A stretch of 19,848 bases of DNA. Source: a virus. Taxonomy: Duplodnaviria > Heunggongvirae > Uroviricota > Caudoviricetes. Below, in pieces: positions 15,813 through 19,848 of this stretch. The DNA lies in IMG/VR virus record IMGVR_UViG_2529293069_000013. One strand, given 5' to 3'. The stretch's first letter is position 1; each line of letters starts with the position of its first letter. A program made the position numbers and the translations under genes. The notes beneath the pieces were generated by a model. That model searched no databases, had not been told where the DNA came from, and saw only the letters and a program-made list of their open reading frames with translations.

Positions 15813-15968
15813 TTACTCCTCAGGTTCGTAAGCTGTGAAGACAGCGACCTCCGTCTGGCCGGTTCGGATTCGTACCTCGCAGAGGTCTTTCCTCGTTACC
15901 AGTGCCGTCACTATGACGGTTAAACAGATGACGATCAGGGCGATTAACATCGCCTTTTGCTGCTTCAT
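15813..15968 (-). CDS. hok: Hok/Gef-family type I toxin, 51 aa
   Basis: MKQQKAMLIALIVICLTVIVTALVTRKDLCEVRIRTGQTEVAVFTAYEPEE against plasmid R1 Hok [58 protein letters not shown] RBS 9 nt upstream of ATG 15968. Confidence 0.8.
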   Translation of the reverse strand: MKQQKAMLIALIVICLTVIVTALVTRKDLCEVRIRTGQTEVAVFTAYEPEE

Positions 15969-16143
15969 AACCTGCTTCTCCTTGCCTTTCGGCGCGTAAG
16001 AGGCTAACCTACGTTTGTGAAGCATAGATTGGGCCTCAGATTAATGTTAAGCGTCTTGCAGGACGCGTAATGTTAACTGGGGCTTTTCTCTGTCTGCCTT
16101 ACGGTGGCATGCCCGAGGCAGACAGCCTCAAGCACCCGCAGCA

Positions 16144-16171
16144 ATTCTACTTAACTCTCGCTTTACAGCAA
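16144..16171 (-). promoter_or_regulatory. Putative promoter of the hok-like mRNA (-35 TTGCTG, 16-bp spacer, -10 TAGAAT)
   Basis: -35 at 16171..16166 and -10 at 16149..16144; the predicted transcript of about 420 nt ends at the 15712..15744 terminator, typical for hok mRNAs. Confidence 0.4.
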
Positions 16172-16211
16172 ACCGTTTTGCCCGATATGGGAATTCCCAT
16201 ACGGAATGAAT

Positions 16212-16316
16212 TCAGTTCCCCAGGCGCTCCATCAAAAACACAACCAGGCAGTAAACACCCACAACAGCAATAACAGCCAGAGCGCCTTCCATTACCAGTG
16301 AAATATCATCCGACAT
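16212..16316 (-). CDS. Small hydrophobic peptide, 34 aa, not in the ORF track
   Basis: ATG 16316 preceded by AAGGGAGGGAAT; hand translation MSDDISLVMEGALAVIAVVGVYCLVVFLMERLGN contains one transmembrane segment. Confidence 0.4.
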   Translation of the reverse strand: MSDDISLVMEGALAVIAVVGVYCLVVFLMERLGN

Positions 16317-16351
16317 ATTCCCTCCCTTGGTGTGAATCCCGGCGAACGTTT

Positions 16352-16429
16352 TTACCCCCACCGACAAATAACATATACTAGAAAAGCAATAGCTATAGCA
16401 ACGCCTGCAAATGCATCTGGCCGGCTCAT
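16352..16429 (-). CDS. Small hydrophobic peptide, 25 aa, translationally coupled to the 187-aa gene
   Basis: ATG 16429..16427 overlaps the upstream TGA (ATGA); RBS GGGGGAG; hand translation MSRPDAFAGVAIAIAFLVYVICRWG. Confidence 0.4.
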   Translation of the reverse strand: MSRPDAFAGVAIAIAFLVYVICRWG

Positions 16430-16989
16430 TGGTTCTCCCCCTGTGTCGCTTCTACTGCGATCTGACTGGCGTATTCGTTAATGGTAACGATAAGTTCTTG
16501 CTCGACCTCATCCAGACAACTACCGATACCTCGCCTGTCCACTTCAGAAGCATCGAAATCTGCACGAAGCCTGGCGACCTTCAGGATTGCGGACAACACC
16601 TCATCAGGGATTGCCGGAGAGTTGGTTGACGTTTCCGAGATTATCCGAAAATTATTGGTTGACGAACCCTTATTTTCCCGAAAGTTTCCAGCCTGAAGCA
16701 TGGCGGCGCGGTGACACCAGATAATCCAGCCAAGCGCCATATCCCATGCCATGTATTCTCTATCGCCATTTTTTGCTCTGCGGCGATCTACAGATTCCCC
16801 GAAACGCTTCTCCATAAATAATTCATAGGCTGCCCGTTCATCCGATACTGATGCCAGTGATGCCAGTGCAATTTTTAATGCGGTAAGCATGTTGTTTTGA
16901 TCTTCATCGAGTCCGAACGGTATTTCATCCCGTGATGACTCAATTCCGGTAATCGTGTTCTGTAGCCATTCTTTGGTTAATTCAGTCAT
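16426..16989 (-). CDS. Hypothetical protein, 187 aa, unknown function
   Basis: Long ORF preceded by a 125-bp intergenic gap containing a GNRA-tetraloop hairpin (16998..17015); no motif recognised. Confidence 0.6.
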   Translation of the reverse strand: MTELTKEWLQNTITGIESSRDEIPFGLDEDQNNMLTALKIALASLASVSDERAAYELFMEKRFGESVDRRRAKNGDREYMAWDMALGWIIWCHRAAMLQAGNFRENKGSSTNNFRIISETSTNSPAIPDEVLSAILKVARLRADFDASEVDRRGIGSCLDEVEQELIVTINEYASQIAVEATQGENQ

Positions 16990-17115
16990 TTTTCACTACC
17001 GCCCTTTCGGGCGGTCTCCTGATGTTCTGAGGGTGCAGGAATCCCTCCGGTTAAGGATTTAATAAAAATCATTTCTGATTTAAATTTTCAGTGTTTAGTT
17101 GTTGGTTTATAGCCT

Positions 17116-17427
17116 TTATGCTTCGGCCTTATTTCTCAGCCATACACAAACAGGACCATCTTCGGTGTCATGTATCGAACCGATAAACCATCCCTCACCT
17201 TCTGGTCGCTCAGGTTCCCATGCTGAAATATCAGGGCCATCTGCGTCCAGATTAAAATCATCTTCATCCATACTACGGATAGCCCACTGAAGATTATTTT
17301 TCTCCATCCAGGCGTTAAACTCTTCCGTTGAAATATATTCCCGACCATCACAGAATTTTTCATATTCAGGATGCGTCCAGCAGCCATATTCATTACGTTC
17401 CACTGGCATTTCTTTAATTGCGCTCAT
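17116..17427 (-). CDS. Hypothetical highly acidic, Trp-rich protein, 103 aa
   Basis: Roughly 28% Asp+Glu; ATGA overlap with the upstream gene; RBS AAGGGGGG. Confidence 0.6.
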   Translation of the reverse strand: MSAIKEMPVERNEYGCWTHPEYEKFCDGREYISTEEFNAWMEKNNLQWAIRSMDEDDFNLDADGPDISAWEPERPEGEGWFIGSIHDTEDGPVCVWLRNKAEA

Positions 17428-17612
17428 TTACCCCCCTTATTTAATTTTCTACGACACTTTTTACAATCATCTGGACTTTCGAATGTATCCGGCTCACGCT
17501 CATTGCCAAAATACATCCACCCACCGCAAATACTTGTTATTTCACCTTCAGCAAAATAATGATGTTTTTTCGCCATAAGTGGCCTTGCCCAGCCCGGATT
17601 CGTTTTACTCAC
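17424..17612 (-). CDS. Hypothetical small protein, 62 aa (GTG start), Cys/His-containing
   Basis: GTG 17612 overlaps the upstream TGA (GTGA); strong RBS AAGGAGG with a 7-nt spacer. Confidence 0.55.
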   Translation of the reverse strand: MSKTNPGWARPLMAKKHHYFAEGEITSICGGWMYFGNEREPDTFESPDDCKKCRRKLNKGGK

Positions 17613-17965
17613 TTGTTGCCTCCTTTGCGAAGCTCTGCGACTAACTCGTCACATATGTGCGTCAAAGAGCAAAGTTTGATTGCTGGATGTTCGCGCACCA
17701 TCTCCACACCCTGCGCCCGCAATTCTGCCAGAAAAGCGTAGGGGTCAGTTTTTTCACTGTGGTACATGGCATCATAGATAATCATTGCAGCGACACCTGC
17801 CTGTCCTGCATCTGTGACGGATATATGCTCAAGGGCTACGGCCATTGCGTGTTTCAACCTCTCATTTTCCACCTCAAGCACCACACGATTAGCCTCCAGC
17901 TCTTCTATGCGTTTTTTTGCTGCTCCCAGCTCAACACGCAGCTCCTGATAGTTAATCTCGCTCAT
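17609..17965 (-). CDS. Hypothetical protein, 118 aa, with an N-terminal coiled-coil-like segment
   Basis: ATGA overlap with the upstream gene; RBS GGGAGGAAGGAGA; N-terminus ELRVELGAAKKRIEELEANRVVLEVENERLK has heptad character. Confidence 0.6.
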   Translation of the reverse strand: MSEINYQELRVELGAAKKRIEELEANRVVLEVENERLKHAMAVALEHISVTDAGQAGVAAMIIYDAMYHSEKTDPYAFLAELRAQGVEMVREHPAIKLCSLTHICDELVAELRKGGNK

Positions 17966-18186
17966 TCTCCTTCCTCCCGCACTGCTGTTTTATATGCCCG
18001 AAGCACATGCGATGTTTTTCCTGACACAGTGCTTCTCAGAAAGAAAATTCCACTGGTGTTTATTACCAGATACGGGTCAGCAAGACGCAGCATATCCAGT
18101 ATGTGATTATGTTTTCTTGTTTCCAGCACCGTACTTGAAATAAGCATATGTGACACGGGGCCGAAATCATGATATCTGATTTTCAT
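17962..18186 (-). CDS. Hypothetical protein, 74 aa
   Basis: ATG 18186 with a moderate RBS; first gene of a four-gene translationally coupled block. Confidence 0.5.
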   Translation of the reverse strand: MKIRYHDFGPVSHMLISSTVLETRKHNHILDMLRLADPYLVINTSGIFFLRSTVSGKTSHVLRAYKTAVREEGE

Positions 18187-18207
18187 ATCATCACCCTGCT
18201 GTAAAAA

Positions 18208-18906
18208 TTACCCGTTATCTCCTGTCGTTATTTTCTGTATGACATCACGATGCTTATTAATTTCCCGCAGCGCGGCGCATAAGCGCTCCCACTTCTGAAC
18301 CTGACCTTTTGCCCGGCGCAGCTCGCGGTTAGCCACATGCAGCGATGGTAAAATCAGACCATCCGGATGCTTTCTGATGAACGACGACTGTGACTGCACT
18401 GTGACCGCCACACTTTCAGTTTTAATTTCTTCCTGTGTTTCCGCTTCCCGGACTGGTAACGCAACACCTGCCGGCTGAGGAAAGGCTTTACCATCGGTTT
18501 CCGTTACCGATGCAGCTTTCGGCTCTGCCGGTAAATTATCGCCCGGTATGCAGTAACGATATTTACCGTCCTGATTTACGCGAATCAGACGACCTTTGCT
18601 GACAGCCATCGCCAGTGATGAATTCGCCCGGCGGGAGGTAATCCCGAACATTAACGCCAGTTCGTCAGCCGACTGAGGACCATGCTGTTCAATCGCGTTA
18701 ATCAGCATCTCTGCAGTGGTTTTTGGGGCCGCTTCAGTTGCCTCACTCGTCAGCCACCACATCGACCCCTTGTTATCAGCTTCGCCACGACGCTTCAGCT
18801 TCCAGAGTTCGGTAACAGCATCGTCACGGCTGATTTCAAGACGGGCTGCAATCTCGTGCGACGAGGCTTTTTTCAGTGCTTTCAGTGCGTCAAAAACGGT
18901 TTCCAT
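18208..18906 (-). CDS. Hypothetical protein with two winged-helix-like segments, 232 aa from ATG 18906 (the track ORF extends to 18972)
   Basis: ATG 18906 has GGGAGG 8 nt upstream, whereas the 18972 start overlaps the P-like gene by 32 nt with a weak RBS; segments [25 protein letters not shown] and [31 protein letters not shown] look like wHTH. Confidence 0.5.
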   Translation of the reverse strand: METVFDALKALKKASSHEIAARLEISRDDAVTELWKLKRRGEADNKGSMWWLTSEATEAAPKTTAEMLINAIEQHGPQSADELALMFGITSRRANSSLAMAVSKGRLIRVNQDGKYRYCIPGDNLPAEPKAASVTETDGKAFPQPAGVALPVREAETQEEIKTESVAVTVQSQSSFIRKHPDGLILPSLHVANRELRRAKGQVQKWERLCAALREINKHRDVIQKITTGDNG

Positions 18907-18940
18907 TAAATTTTCCTCCCGGTAAAAATTACTTCTCAAC

Positions 18941-19603
18941 TCAGACAAAACCGGCCGCCTTCCGGCGCTCATATTCCTGTTTCAGCAACTCAATTGGCGT
19001 TGGCCCTGGCGGGCGTTTGGGTGCTGCCAGTTGTCGCCGGACTGGCGGAACACTGAGGCCATTACCAACATGCTTTGCCCATTTCGTCAGCTGCCTTTCC
19101 ACAAGCCGTTTTAACTCCCCTTCGGTCATCTGGCGCTCAATCCCCTTTGAACGCATCTCGAGGCAAATGTGGTACAGCACCGGCTGTGGCCACGGGTATT
19201 TATCACTCCCGTCGTACCGCCAGGATTCATTCCTCCAGCGACGGTATTCCTCCATCACGGCATCCACCGTCAGGCCAAATGGATTTGCCCCGCTCTCCGA
19301 AATCAACGCCACAAACTCAGCCAGATCCGGAGGCCACGTTTCACCCGCCCGGCAGCGGTCCATGCACCGACGGCAGATCTGCCGAATTTGCTGTTCAGTC
19401 ATCGCGCCAATCTGAGCAATCCAGAGTTTCGACGGCGCAGCCCCGTTCTTCTGAGTCCAGCGGTTCGAATACACCTCCCCCATAAGCTCCCACAGCTTCC
19501 AGGCCGTTTCCGTTGCTGATAAATCCGTTTTCACGTTCCCACTGTTCGCGTGCAGCCCGGATTTCCTGAACTGCCCGTGATGCGGTGCCACCTGGTGCTG
19601 CAT
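18941..19603 (-). CDS. Lambda P-like replication protein (helicase loader family), 220 aa
   Basis: Tentative alignment with lambda P (ours [29 protein letters not shown] against lambda QWVLAFRENGITTMEQ..RPFLPSPGQFVAW); strong RBS AAGGGGG before ATG 19603; no Walker A motif, so not DnaC-like. Confidence 0.55.
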   Translation of the reverse strand: MQHQVAPHHGQFRKSGLHANSGNVKTDLSATETAWKLWELMGEVYSNRWTQKNGAAPSKLWIAQIGAMTEQQIRQICRRCMDRCRAGETWPPDLAEFVALISESGANPFGLTVDAVMEEYRRWRNESWRYDGSDKYPWPQPVLYHICLEMRSKGIERQMTEGELKRLVERQLTKWAKHVGNGLSVPPVRRQLAAPKRPPGPTPIELLKQEYERRKAAGFV

Positions 19604-19848
19604 GGCTTACCCCCTTGCTGACTGGTTTTACCTGTGCCCTGACGTGCTGCACGTGGCGGGCAAATTTCTGCTCCCACTGAACCTGCGTGAAAACCTTCCC
19701 CTCCGCCATCCAGTAATCCCGGAATGCGGCAAGCTCAGCAGGTGTAAACTCAGGCTCAGGCAGAGCCATACCCCACACTGCTGCCCGCTGTCGAAAATCC
19801 GGCGACGGCTGCCAGACTCCAGTCATCGGAAATTTCCCGATCGGTTCG
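19395..19848 (-). CDS. DnaT-like primosomal protein, C-terminal part (gene continues beyond the window end)
   Basis: WQPSPDFRQRAAVWGMALPEPEFTPAELAAFRDYWMAEGKVFTQVQWEQKFARHVQ against E. coli DnaT [58 protein letters not shown]; the frame is open to the window edge. Confidence 0.65.
   Translation of the reverse strand, partial: EPIGKFPMTGVWQPSPDFRQRAAVWGMALPEPEFTPAELAAFRDYWMAEGKVFTQVQWEQKFARHVQHVRAQVKPVSKGVSHAAPGGTASRAVQEIRAAREQWERENGFISNGNGLEAVGAYGGGVFEPLDSEERGCAVETLDCSDWRDD

Larger units (their letters stand above)
1..19848 (-). mobile_element. Internal segment of a lambdoid (phage 21 / Qin-like) prophage: replication, nin-like, Q, tRNA, moron, lysis, cos and head-morphogenesis modules; no att site or integrase in the window
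   Basis: Lambda-like gene order Nu1-A-W-B-C-D-E, lambda-identical cosN, S21/R21-type lysis genes, rusA, Q-like gene, and a tRNA cluster between Q and the lysis genes. Confidence 0.9.

Noticed and set aside
1-19848. Search for CRISPR arrays, insertion sequences, integrase and att sites
   Set aside because: No direct-repeat/spacer array, no terminal inverted repeats with a transposase, and no integrase or att core were found; the window is entirely inside the prophage.

Overview
The window is an internal segment of a lambdoid prophage of the phage 21 / Qin type (Enterobacteriaceae, probably E. coli), with no attachment site or integrase in view. Almost every gene is on the minus strand, so phage transcription runs from high to low coordinates. 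In that order: a DnaT-like gene (cut by the window edge) and a lambda P-like replication gene; a block of tightly coupled small accessory genes; an isolated 187-aa gene followed by two small hydrophobic peptide ORFs; a complete hok-type type I toxin locus; a DUF968 gene, rusA and a Q-like antiterminator; a PR'-like promoter and tR'-like terminator; three tRNA genes (Ile2-CAU, Arg-UCG, Arg-UCU) with their own promoter; a TerB-like gene interrupted by an in-frame amber codon; a NanS-p-like sialate O-acetylesterase moron; a phage 21-type lysis cassette (S21 pinholin, YdfR-like gene, SAR endolysin, two unannotated small membrane ORFs, Rz/Rz1); a PerC-like regulator and a convergent plus-strand RHH gene; the cos site (lambda-identical cosN, non-lambda cosB repeats); then terminase Nu1/A, W, portal B, protease/scaffold C, decoration protein D and the start of major capsid E. 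Protein identities rest on recalled similarity to lambda, phage 21 and E. coli K-12 prophage proteins, not on a database search. The most interesting candidates for an undescribed system are the 187-aa gene with its two coupled peptide ORFs next to hok, the four-gene coupled cassette at 17116-18186, the disrupted TerB-like gene with a small membrane partner, and the two small membrane ORFs inside the lysis cassette; none could be assigned a function from sequence alone.
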